Origin: an uncultured Gammaproteobacteria bacterium
GTDB lineage: Bacteria > Patescibacteriota > Microgenomatia > Levybacterales > UBA12049
Direction of reading: 5' to 3'
NCBI GenBank assembly: GCA_964637955.1
Contig: CAZWXQ010000003.1
Coordinates: 159,154-223,153 of the forward strand
DNA: 64,000 bases
Positions 19,188 through 27,558 of the stretch are shown here, piece by piece. The notes under the pieces were generated by a model. That model searched no databases, was not told where the DNA came from, and worked only from the letters and a program-made list of their open reading frames with translations. The position numbers were made by a program, and so were the translations under genes. Each line of letters starts with the position of its first letter. Within the stretch, counting starts at the first letter, position 1.

Positions 19188-20095
19188 AAAAAATTAGCGT
19201 AACTGTCGGAATTCCGGCATACAATGAAGAAAAAAATATTGAAAATATATTAAATGATATTCTATTTCAGGATAAGAATTCATTTGTTCTTAAAAAAATA
19301 TATGTTTCATCTGATGGAAGTACGGATGAAACGAGTAAAATTGTTAAAAGATTTGTTAAAAAGTATGATTTTATAACTCTTTTAGATAATAAGGAAAAGT
19401 TGGGTAAATCAACAAGATTAAATGAGTTATATAAACTAAGCAATACAGATATTTATATTAATTTTGATGCAGATCAAAAGCTCGGAGATAAGTTTGTGAT
19501 AGAAGAAATAATTAAGAAATTTAATAAAAGTAAAGTAGGTGTAGTTGGGGCGTCATCTTTACCTATGAAGCCAAAGAAGTTTTTTGAAAAAATTGTAGTT
19601 GCTTGGATAAATGTGTGGATATCAGTAAGAGAAGATTATAAAAAAGGAAATACAATTCATAATCATTTGGGATGCGCTTCTGCAATGAGGAAAAATATTT
19701 ATAAAAATATTAATTTACCAAAAAATTTAATTGCTGATGAAGATTATATTTATTTTTCAGCAATGAAAATGGGATATGATTTTAGATTTGCAAAGAATGC
19801 AAGGGTATATTATAAAAGTGCTTCAAATATTAATGATTTTTTCATACAGCATTCAAGATTCTTAATGATTAAGGATATAGTTGCTGAGCATTTTGGTTCT
19901 TGGGTTTTAGATTATTATATAATCCCAAAAAAATATAAGATAAACAGTTTGCTGAAGAATTTAATTAGAAATCCAATTTATTTATCCTTTTCAATTGTTC
20001 TCCAAATGTTGTTAGTTATTTATAAAAAATTAAATAATGAAAATTATAATTCAGGTAAGTGGAAAGAAGTAAAAACATCTAAGGTCTTAATATGA
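19184..20095 (+). CDS. GT2 glycosyltransferase, tandem paralog 1 of 3
   Basis: GIPAYNEEKNIENIL..SSDGSTDET shows a GT-A fold with a DxD motif, with hydrophobic C-terminal helices. I chose the ATG at 19184; the track start at 19163 lies inside the upstream gene. Confidence 0.7.
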   Translation: MKKISVTVGIPAYNEEKNIENILNDILFQDKNSFVLKKIYVSSDGSTDETSKIVKRFVKKYDFITLLDNKEKLGKSTRLNELYKLSNTDIYINFDADQKLGDKFVIEEIIKKFNKSKVGVVGASSLPMKPKKFFEKIVVAWINVWISVREDYKKGNTIHNHLGCASAMRKNIYKNINLPKNLIADEDYIYFSAMKMGYDFRFAKNARVYYKSASNINDFFIQHSRFLMIKDIVAEHFGSWVLDYYIIPKKYKINSLLKNLIRNPIYLSFSIVLQMLLVIYKKLNNENYNSGKWKEVKTSKVLI

Positions 20096-20997
20096 AAAAC
20101 TATAAAACAATTACTGTGGGAATTCCTGCATACAATGAATCAAGAAATATTTCTTTCTTGCTTAGTGCTTTAAGCACACAAGTTATAAAAACTGGTATTT
20201 TAAAAGAGATAATTCTTATTTCTGATGGAAGCATCGATGAAACAGTTGCAACAGCAAAATCGGTTCATTTACCTTTTCTAAAAATAATTGAATACAAGCA
20301 TAGAGAAGGAAAAATGAAAAGACAAAATGAAATTGTTAAATTATCAGAATCTGATATTTTAGTGCTTTTAGATTCTGACACAATTCTTTTTGGAAATGAT
20401 TTTATTGAAAATTTAATTAATCCAATTGTTTTGGATGAAAATGTTGGATTGGTAGGTGCAAATATAAAAAGCTTAAGAGGTAAAAATTATATTCAAAGAT
20501 CATTAGCCTTAAGTCATGATTTTAAATGGAAAATGTATGAAAAAATTGATGAAGGAAATAATATTTATTTATGTCATGGAAGAGCGAGGGCATTTTCTAA
20601 AAAATTATATAAAAATATTAATTGGCCAGATGAATTTCCTGAAGATGCATACTCATATTTATGGAGCTTGAGGAATGGATTTAAATTTGCATACGCCAAG
20701 AAAGCGGTACTTTTATTTAAATCTCCAGATAATATCAATGATCATCTTAGGCAAAGTTTAAGATTTAAGACTGGAAAATATATTTATAATAAAGATTTCT
20801 CTAAAGAATTCTTAGAATCTGAATACCACATTCCTAAAAAGATTATGTTAGGTTCTATATTTTTACAATTCATAAAACATCCGATTGATATGTCAATTTA
20901 TTTACTGATAATGGTTTATATAAAAATATTTAAATCAGATACAAAAGTAGATAATAATAGATGGGAGATTTCAGAATCTACAAAGGAAATCAATTAA
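20092..20997 (+). CDS. GT2 glycosyltransferase, tandem paralog 2 of 3
   Basis: GIPAYNESRNISFLL..ISDGSIDET has the same architecture as paralog 1. It joins the upstream gene at an ATGA overlap. Confidence 0.7.
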   Translation: MKNYKTITVGIPAYNESRNISFLLSALSTQVIKTGILKEIILISDGSIDETVATAKSVHLPFLKIIEYKHREGKMKRQNEIVKLSESDILVLLDSDTILFGNDFIENLINPIVLDENVGLVGANIKSLRGKNYIQRSLALSHDFKWKMYEKIDEGNNIYLCHGRARAFSKKLYKNINWPDEFPEDAYSYLWSLRNGFKFAYAKKAVLLFKSPDNINDHLRQSLRFKTGKYIYNKDFSKEFLESEYHIPKKIMLGSIFLQFIKHPIDMSIYLLIMVYIKIFKSDTKVDNNRWEISESTKEIN

Positions 20998-21927
20998 ATG
21001 AAAAATAATAATAAATTTAAAATAGTAAACGTAGATGTTGTCGTCAGTGCTTTTAACGAAGAGCAAAACATTTCAAACTTAATTCATTCAGTATTAAAGC
21101 AAAATGAAAATGGATATAGATTAAAAAACTTAGTGATATTTTCTGATGGCTCTACGGATAATACTGTAAGAGTAATTAAGAAAATTTATGATCATAGGAT
21201 TAAAATCTTTTCTTTCAAGGATAGAAAAGGAAAATCAAGCAGATTAAATAAATATTATAAAAATTCTAATTCAGACATTTTAGTTCAAATTGATGCAGAT
21301 GTTATTTTATCTCATAAAAATGTTTTAACAGATATTGTAAGGCCAATTATTAAAAATAAAAATGTTGGAATGTGTGGGGGAAACGCTCTTCCGATGAAAG
21401 GTAAAACATTTACAGAGAAGGCGGTTAATTATACTAACCAAGCATATCAGCCTATTAAGGACAATCAAAAAAATAAAGATAATGTTTACTCAGTAAGTGG
21501 AGCGATCATGGCCTTTAGAAAAGAACTTGTAAGTATAATTAATTTGCCAGAAAATGTGATAGCAGAAGATGTTTATATTTATTTTTTATGTTTAACTAAC
21601 AAATTTCTTTATAGATATGTTCCATCTGCAGTAGTTAATTATAGATCACCGTCAAATTTAAGGGATCAGATCAAGCAGAATACAAGATTTTTAATGTCTG
21701 AAACAAAAATGAGCATGTATTTCTCAAAAGATTTAGTTGAACGCGAATCTTATTTTCCCAAGAAAATATTGGTAATTCAAATGTTAAAAATTTTCATAAA
21801 ACATCCATTTCATTGTATATATATATTTATAGTTAATAGATATTGTCAGTTGAGAGCAGAGAAGTTAGTATTAGAAATGAAGGCTGATTGGCAAATTGCT
21901 GGGAGTACTAAGAAAGGATTTGCTTAA
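20998..21927 (+). CDS. GT2 glycosyltransferase, tandem paralog 3 of 3
   Basis: VVVSAFNEEQNISNLI..FSDGSTDNT. It shares the C-terminal RFLM motif with paralog 1. Confidence 0.7.
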   Translation: MKNNNKFKIVNVDVVVSAFNEEQNISNLIHSVLKQNENGYRLKNLVIFSDGSTDNTVRVIKKIYDHRIKIFSFKDRKGKSSRLNKYYKNSNSDILVQIDADVILSHKNVLTDIVRPIIKNKNVGMCGGNALPMKGKTFTEKAVNYTNQAYQPIKDNQKNKDNVYSVSGAIMAFRKELVSIINLPENVIAEDVYIYFLCLTNKFLYRYVPSAVVNYRSPSNLRDQIKQNTRFLMSETKMSMYFSKDLVERESYFPKKILVIQMLKIFIKHPFHCIYIFIVNRYCQLRAEKLVLEMKADWQIAGSTKKGFA

Positions 21928-21947
21928 AGAATCAAGCAAGATTTGAT

Positions 21948-23501
21948 ATGAAGACTATGTTTTATAAATTATTAAAAATTGGATTTGTAGTATTTGTTGG
22001 ATTAATTCTTTCTCTATCCATAAGAGGAAATAAAGGAAATCCGACTTCTCAAGATTTAAGTAATATAAAGTGGGCAGCGAATGGGCCGTTTGAGCTATCT
22101 CCTGAAAGGGGCAGATTTGCATTGATGTACAGCATGGTTGAAGATAGATCTTTTTATTTCTCAGAACCTGTTGCTAGATTTGCAGCTCCTGATATTGGCG
22201 AAAGTAATGGGCATTATGTTTCTTTGTTTGCTCCACTAGTTTCATTTATCATAATTCCAGGATATCTTCTTGGAAAAGTTTTTGGAGTGAGTCAGGTGGG
22301 AGCATTTGCTGTGATAGCATTATTTGCGCTTTTTAATGTAATTCTATTAAGATTAATTGCAATAAGGCTTGGTGCTGGAAAATTGCCAGCTACCATAGCT
22401 TCACTTTTATTTTTATTTGCAACTCCAGCATTCTCATATGCAGTTAACTTATATCAGCATCATATCTCAACTTTTTTAATTCTTTCGAGTATATATTTGC
22501 TTTTAAAATCAAATAAGATTTGGGTATTATTTGGCGTTTTCTTTTTATGCGCTATGTCTATACCTTTGGATTATCCTAATGCATTTCTCATGTTTCCAAT
22601 TGGTGTCTATGCGCTCCTTCGAATAATTTCACTAAAAAGAGATGAGGAAAAAATAATATTTAAATTTAATTTTGTAAAGTTTTTAACTGTATTTATTATG
22701 ATTTTACCACTACTGTTCTTTTTCTGGTTTAATAAAAAATCATATGATAATCCGCTTCAGTTTTCAGGGACAGTAAAAACAGCAGAATTTAAAGACTTAA
22801 ATAATATTGATAATTTTAATAAAAAATTTATTGAAAAAAATGTGGGAGAGGAAAAAGGGAAATCAGCTTTAGGCTTTTTCAGCACACGTGATCTTCTAAA
22901 TGGTTTTTATATTCATACGATAAGTCCAGATAGAGGAATCGTATACTATGCCCCTGTGGTATTGTTTGGTATTGCTGGAATAATTTTTGCTATACGAAGA
23001 AAGATGCAAATGACAGCCGTTTTGGTTGCTGTAATAGGCGCTAATTTACTTCTTTATTCAATGTGGGGAGATCCTTGGGGAGGATGGGCATTTGGATCCA
23101 GGTATTTGATTCCGACATTTGCAATCCTTTCAATTTTTACAGCAATAGCTATAAATCGATGGGGAAATAAAATATTATTTGTCATACCATTTATAGTTGT
23201 TTCCATCTATTCGGTAGCTGTGAATGTTTTGGGAGCGATTACTACTAGCGCTATGCCACCTAAGATCGAAGTTCTGGCGCTTGAAAAAATTTCAAACACC
23301 GTTCAGAAATATGATTATTTCAGAAACTGGGATTATCTTTCTGGTGGAAATTCTAAATCATTTATCTATCAAGCATTTTTAGAAAAATATATTTCATCGG
23401 TATTGTTTTATGGAATCTTAACTATAAGCATATGTTTGGTTTTGGGAAGTTTAATCATTTATCAGTATATGTATTCAAGGAGAGGAGTATCGAATGATTA
23501 A
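21948..23501 (+). CDS. GT-C-like polytopic membrane glycosyltransferase, family A (paralog of 29150-30589)
   Basis: ERGRFALMYSMVE matches the (D/E)xxR(Y/F)A motif of ArnT/PMT-type GT-C enzymes. The motifs IDYPNA and WGDPWGGWAFGSRYL are conserved in the minus-strand paralog. Confidence 0.5.
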   Translation: MKTMFYKLLKIGFVVFVGLILSLSIRGNKGNPTSQDLSNIKWAANGPFELSPERGRFALMYSMVEDRSFYFSEPVARFAAPDIGESNGHYVSLFAPLVSFIIIPGYLLGKVFGVSQVGAFAVIALFALFNVILLRLIAIRLGAGKLPATIASLLFLFATPAFSYAVNLYQHHISTFLILSSIYLLLKSNKIWVLFGVFFLCAMSIPLDYPNAFLMFPIGVYALLRIISLKRDEEKIIFKFNFVKFLTVFIMILPLLFFFWFNKKSYDNPLQFSGTVKTAEFKDLNNIDNFNKKFIEKNVGEEKGKSALGFFSTRDLLNGFYIHTISPDRGIVYYAPVVLFGIAGIIFAIRRKMQMTAVLVAVIGANLLLYSMWGDPWGGWAFGSRYLIPTFAILSIFTAIAINRWGNKILFVIPFIVVSIYSVAVNVLGAITTSAMPPKIEVLALEKISNTVQKYDYFRNWDYLSGGNSKSFIYQAFLEKYISSVLFYGILTISICLVLGSLIIYQYMYSRRGVSND

Positions 23502-25134
23502 TTTTCGAAATGGTTATATTATCATTAAAGTTTCTGAAAAAAATAAAATTCTTGACTCTATATTAAATTTTTTAGATAAATATACAGTTTATCTATTAAT
23601 ATCGTTTTTATTTTTTGTTTCGACTCTTTCTTATTTATTTTTCTATCAAAATGGGCTTGGCCTTGCTTATAATGATGCGCGGTCTCATTTAGATATAGGC
23701 AGACGTGTAGTGGAAGGTCTTAAGCCTGGATTTGCACAACTCGGATCAGTTTGGCTGCCACTCCCTCATGTGTTGATGCTTCCTACTATATGGAATGATT
23801 TTATGTGGCATACAGGTCTTTCTGGAGCACTTCAGTCAATGATCTCATTTATAGCAACAGGCTTATTAATTTATTATTTCTTAAAAGAGATTGGGGTTAG
23901 TAAATTTGGAAGAATAATTGGTGTTTTGGTTTTCGTTCTTAATATTAACATTTTATATCTTCAGTCTACTGCAATGACTGAGCTTCTGTTAATTGGGACG
24001 ATGATGGCTGGAATATATGAATTTCTTTTATTTTTTAAAAAAGGACAAATCATAAATTTAATATTTTCAGCATTTTTCATAATGCTTTCTACGATGATTA
24101 GGTATGATGGATGGTTCTTATTTGTTTTTTGCGCATTCTTGCTTGGAATCCAGGTCATAAAAAGTAGAGGATATAAGGTTAGTGAAGGAGTAGTATTACT
24201 ATTTGCTACCCTTGCAGGATTTGGAATTGCATTATGGTTTTTATGGAACTTGCTAATATTTAAAGATCCACTTTATTTTATTTTTGGTCCATATTCTGCA
24301 CACACTCAGCAAGAACAGCTCGCTGCAGCGGGAAATTTAGCAACACAAGGAAATTTATTATTTTCAATTAAAACCTACATCTATGCTCTAGCTTATAATT
24401 CAAATACTTTTATTTTAGTTCTGGGATTTATTGGTGCAGTTGTATTTTGGTTTGATAAGAATATTTCAACTAACATTAAGATTGCATCAAGTGCTCTTTT
24501 TGCCCCGCTTATATTTAATATCTTAGCTCTCTATATGGGTCAATCTGTTCTTTTTATCCAAGGACTTTCTGGAAATACATGGTTTAATGCCAGATATGGA
24601 ATTATGCTTATGCCATCCCTTGCGATTTTTATAGGTTATTTAGTTTATAGACTTAACAATTTGAAATATGTATTAGTAGGTCTTATGGCATTTGTTTTAT
24701 TCTTTTCATTTTCAAGTTATGATGCAGTAACCATAGATGATGCCAGAGTTGGATCAAGTCAAAAAAATGTATCTGAAGTATCAGGATGGTTAGGGAAAAA
24801 TGCTAAAGATAAAGAGGGATTTGTATTAATTTCTGCAGCCTCACATGATGCAATTATTTTCTCTTCAGGGTTACCTATGAAAAGATTTATTCATGAAGGA
24901 ACTGGATTGTATTGGGACAGTGCTACAGTTGCTCCAGACAGGTGGGCGCGGTGGATAGTTATGAGAACAAATGACAATAATGATTTGACTTTTAAGCTCG
25001 TAAGCCAAAGCAAATCATTTAGGAATGGAGATTATATTCTTGTTGATCATTACCCATTTGCAGATATTTATGAGATAAAACCAGAGCTCATAAAAAACTT
25101 GAACATTAAACCTAATTTAGGAAAACAAAAGTAA
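23494..25134 (+). CDS. Polytopic membrane protein with a C-terminal soluble domain, family B (paralog of 27559-29160); putative GT-C-type glycosyltransferase
   Basis: YNDARSHLDIGRRV..LGSVWLPLPHVLMLP is conserved in the paralog (YNDSRAHLN..IGSVWLPLNHVLMLP). The C-terminal domain (KRFIHEGTGLYWD) is also conserved. Confidence 0.4.
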   Translation: MINFRNGYIIIKVSEKNKILDSILNFLDKYTVYLLISFLFFVSTLSYLFFYQNGLGLAYNDARSHLDIGRRVVEGLKPGFAQLGSVWLPLPHVLMLPTIWNDFMWHTGLSGALQSMISFIATGLLIYYFLKEIGVSKFGRIIGVLVFVLNINILYLQSTAMTELLLIGTMMAGIYEFLLFFKKGQIINLIFSAFFIMLSTMIRYDGWFLFVFCAFLLGIQVIKSRGYKVSEGVVLLFATLAGFGIALWFLWNLLIFKDPLYFIFGPYSAHTQQEQLAAAGNLATQGNLLFSIKTYIYALAYNSNTFILVLGFIGAVVFWFDKNISTNIKIASSALFAPLIFNILALYMGQSVLFIQGLSGNTWFNARYGIMLMPSLAIFIGYLVYRLNNLKYVLVGLMAFVLFFSFSSYDAVTIDDARVGSSQKNVSEVSGWLGKNAKDKEGFVLISAASHDAIIFSSGLPMKRFIHEGTGLYWDSATVAPDRWARWIVMRTNDNNDLTFKLVSQSKSFRNGDYILVDHYPFADIYEIKPELIKNLNIKPNLGKQK

Positions 25135-26108
25135 TGAAAAAAATATACTTAATTATAACGGGTATTCTTTTTGTAATTTTTGTAAGTTTATTTTTTACTT
25201 TCAAGTCTAAAGAAACCTCCCCATACTCTAATTGGAATTTTCAATCGATTGATACTATGAAATATTCTAGAGACTTAGCTAGAGAGAAATTAAATGATCC
25301 ATTGTTTGATAAAGTCATAAATGATCAAGTTAAAGCTATTTCTGACACAGGTGCGACTCATATCGCTATAGCTACTCCATATGACGAAGAATTTTACCCA
25401 ATATTAAAAAGATGGGTAATTGCAGCAAGAAAAAATAACTTAAAAGTATGGTTTAGAGGTAATTGGGCTGGATGGGAGGGATGGTTTGACTATCCTAAGA
25501 TTAATAGGCAAGAACATTTAGAAAAGTCACAAGAATTTATTCTTAAGCATAAAGATTTGTTTGAAGATGGAGATGTATTTACGGCCTGTCCTGAGTGTGA
25601 GAATGGTGGCCCTGGAGACCCTAGGCAAACTGGAGATATAAAAGGACATAGGATGTTTTTAATAGAAGAATACGAAATGACAAAGTCAGCATTTAAAAAA
25701 ATAAATAAGAATATAATTTCAAACTATGACTCTATGAATGCTGATGTAGCCAAAGCAGTAATGGATAAAAATACTACAATTGCTCTAGACGGAGTAGTGA
25801 CGATTGATCATTATGTGGCTACTCCAGAAAAGATGATTGATGATATTAAATTTATCTCTAAAAATAGTGGCGGTAAGATAGTTTTGGGTGAAATCGGAGC
25901 GCCAATTCCGGATATTAATGGTAATTTAAATGAAGCACAGCAGGCTGATTGGATAAACAAATCATTTACTTTACTTAAAATGTCTCCAGATGTTATAGGA
26001 GTAAATTATTGGACAAATGTGGGTGGATCAACTTCTCTTTGGCATGTAGATGGCTCAGAAAAGCCAGCAGTAGGGATTATTAAATCATTTTATAAGCCTC
26101 AAAGATAA
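25134..26108 (+). CDS. Membrane-anchored extracytoplasmic protein, possible TIM-barrel glycoside hydrolase
   Basis: N-terminal signal anchor, then a soluble domain with acidic motifs (CPECENGG, GEIGAPIPD) reminiscent of GH5/GH113-type hydrolases. The assignment is weak. Confidence 0.25.
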   Translation: MKKIYLIITGILFVIFVSLFFTFKSKETSPYSNWNFQSIDTMKYSRDLAREKLNDPLFDKVINDQVKAISDTGATHIAIATPYDEEFYPILKRWVIAARKNNLKVWFRGNWAGWEGWFDYPKINRQEHLEKSQEFILKHKDLFEDGDVFTACPECENGGPGDPRQTGDIKGHRMFLIEEYEMTKSAFKKINKNIISNYDSMNADVAKAVMDKNTTIALDGVVTIDHYVATPEKMIDDIKFISKNSGGKIVLGEIGAPIPDINGNLNEAQQADWINKSFTLLKMSPDVIGVNYWTNVGGSTSLWHVDGSEKPAVGIIKSFYKPQR

Positions 26109-26123
26109 CTCTAGGACTAACTA

Positions 26124-26151
26124 TTGACAATTTATAAATTTCTGATATAAT
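26124..26151 (+). promoter_or_regulatory. Sigma70-like promoter with an extended -10: TTGACA (26124-26129), 16-nt spacer, TGaTATAAT (26143-26151)
   Basis: Consensus -35 and consensus -10 with an upstream TG, located 45 nt upstream of the sortase-substrate ATG. Confidence 0.5.
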
Positions 26152-26166
26152 CCTATAACAATTTTT

Positions 26167-26195
26167 AATGAAGCTTTTTAGCTTCATTTTTTATT
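26167..26195 (+). terminator. Intrinsic-terminator-like hairpin in the 5' leader: 8-bp stem AATGAAGC/GCTTCATT, 6-nt loop, then TTTTTATT; it ends 1 nt before the ATG at 26196
   Basis: The arms at 26167-26174 and 26181-26188 are perfect reverse complements, followed by a U-tract. The element lies between the predicted promoter and the start codon. Confidence 0.5.
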
Positions 26196-26795
26196 ATGAA
26201 AAGCAAGAATTTATTCGTTATAGTATTAAGTATAGTATTAATGTTATCGGCTTATGTGCCGAGCGCTTTGGCAGCAAACGAACCTTCATTTCCAACTTGT
26301 GTAAATCCACAAGGTCAGGTAAAGGCTTCATATGAATCAGGTAGTCACGGGGTAGTAGGTGACCCAAAAACATATTCAGGTAAAGATACAGTATATTCAC
26401 TTAATGGCGGAAATCAGACACAATGTTTGTGTCCCGTAAATGGAAGTGGAATCCAGACCAATTGGATGAAAGCTTCAAATTTAAGTGAAAATGAAATTAG
26501 CATTTTTGTTAATCAAGGCTGGATACTAGTAGCAGATGGAAGTGCTTGGGGCCTTGATCAAGGGACGTATTTAGCAAAAAACATAAGTTATTCATGCTCA
26601 TCCAATCAGGGCGGAACAAGCTCTAGTAGTTCTTCATCAAATTCAAATGATAGTAAAAATGCAGGTGCTTCAGCTACTAACAGTATATTTAGCTTAGCAA
26701 ATACAGGAAATATTGTATTTATTGCTTCAGTTTTCATTTTAGGATTTTTCTTACTTATTGCTGGATTTGCCACTTCACAAAAAAGAAAAGAGTAA
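26196..26795 (+). CDS. Small secreted surface protein with an LAxTG-type cell-wall sorting signal (sortase substrate)
   Basis: N-terminal signal peptide (LSAYVPSALAANE), a Cys-containing domain, and a Ser-rich stretch (GGTSSSSSSSNSNDS). Then LANTG, a hydrophobic helix (NIVFIASVFILGFFLLIAGFA) and a basic tail (SQKRKE), which together form a tripartite sorting signal. Confidence 0.75.
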   Translation: MKSKNLFVIVLSIVLMLSAYVPSALAANEPSFPTCVNPQGQVKASYESGSHGVVGDPKTYSGKDTVYSLNGGNQTQCLCPVNGSGIQTNWMKASNLSENEISIFVNQGWILVADGSAWGLDQGTYLAKNISYSCSSNQGGTSSSSSSSNSNDSKNAGASATNSIFSLANTGNIVFIASVFILGFFLLIAGFATSQKRKE

Positions 26796-26799
26796 TCAA

Positions 26800-27330
26800 A
26801 TGAATCTTTTTTCAAAGCTGCTCGCTGCTTCGGGAATACTTCTTTTAATATTTGGATTTTATTTAGTAAATTTAAGATTTAGTCCGAAAAAAATTGCCTT
26901 CTCAGATGTAAAGGTTGAAGAAAAAAAGCAAACAAATGTTGCTCCAGCGAGGATAATTATCCCTAGTTTAAAAATCGATAGTAAAATCGTTCCTGCAATA
27001 ATTACAAATAACAAATGGGAAGTCACAAATGAAGGAGTTTCATATTTATCTTCTTCGCCTATTCCTGGAGATCAAGGCAATAGCATTCTTTATGGTCATA
27101 ACTGGAGTAGTATACTCGGAAATCTTACAAAGATTAAGCCAGGGGAGAAACTAATTATAGTAATGAATGACGGTGATGTTAGGGAGTTTGTTGTTAATTA
27201 CACTATGATAGTCTCTCCAACTCAAACCAACATATTAGATCAAAGTAAAGACAATAGGCTTACTATTTATACATGTGCTGGATTTCTAGATTCAAAGAGA
27301 TTTGTAGCCACAGCGCTGCTTGTTAAGTAA
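26800..27330 (+). CDS. Sortase (class E-like transpeptidase)
   Basis: N-terminal TM anchor, catalytic His in LYGHNWSS, the TLxTC-type active site RLTIYTCAG, and a downstream Arg (KRFVATA). The ATG at 26800 is 5 nt after the substrate stop; the track start at 26758 would overlap the substrate. Confidence 0.8.
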   Translation: MNLFSKLLAASGILLLIFGFYLVNLRFSPKKIAFSDVKVEEKKQTNVAPARIIIPSLKIDSKIVPAIITNNKWEVTNEGVSYLSSSPIPGDQGNSILYGHNWSSILGNLTKIKPGEKLIIVMNDGDVREFVVNYTMIVSPTQTNILDQSKDNRLTIYTCAGFLDSKRFVATALLVK

Positions 27331-27360
27331 TTTCCTCAGTAGATTAATTTTAAAAAAGCA

Positions 27361-27400
27361 AAAAGGTCTACTTTTTGGGCAGACCTCTTTGTTTATTTTG
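27361..27400. terminator. Bidirectional intrinsic terminator between the converging sortase and minus-strand GT-C genes
   Basis: AGGTCT (27364-27369) pairs with AGACCT (27381-27386), followed by CTTTGTTTATTTTG. The complement strand also reads hairpin plus T-tract. Confidence 0.55.
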
Positions 27401-27558
27401 ATTTTCTTACCTTGTGAGTAAGTCCATCCCCTGTAATGTCCCTCAAAAGAACTAGTATCTTTATTGGCAAGTCTAGCTAATGCATTAGTTAGGCATAATT
27501 AGAATAATACGTTTTTTATAGGTTTGTCAAGTTTTAAGCCTGGCTTGTAATATCAAAT

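Noticed and set aside
27401-27558. Possible tRNA or small RNA in the 160-bp untranslated stretch between the terminator and the minus-strand gene end
   Set aside because: I could not fold a cloverleaf with an acceptor stem or T-arm. It is most likely plain 3' UTR.
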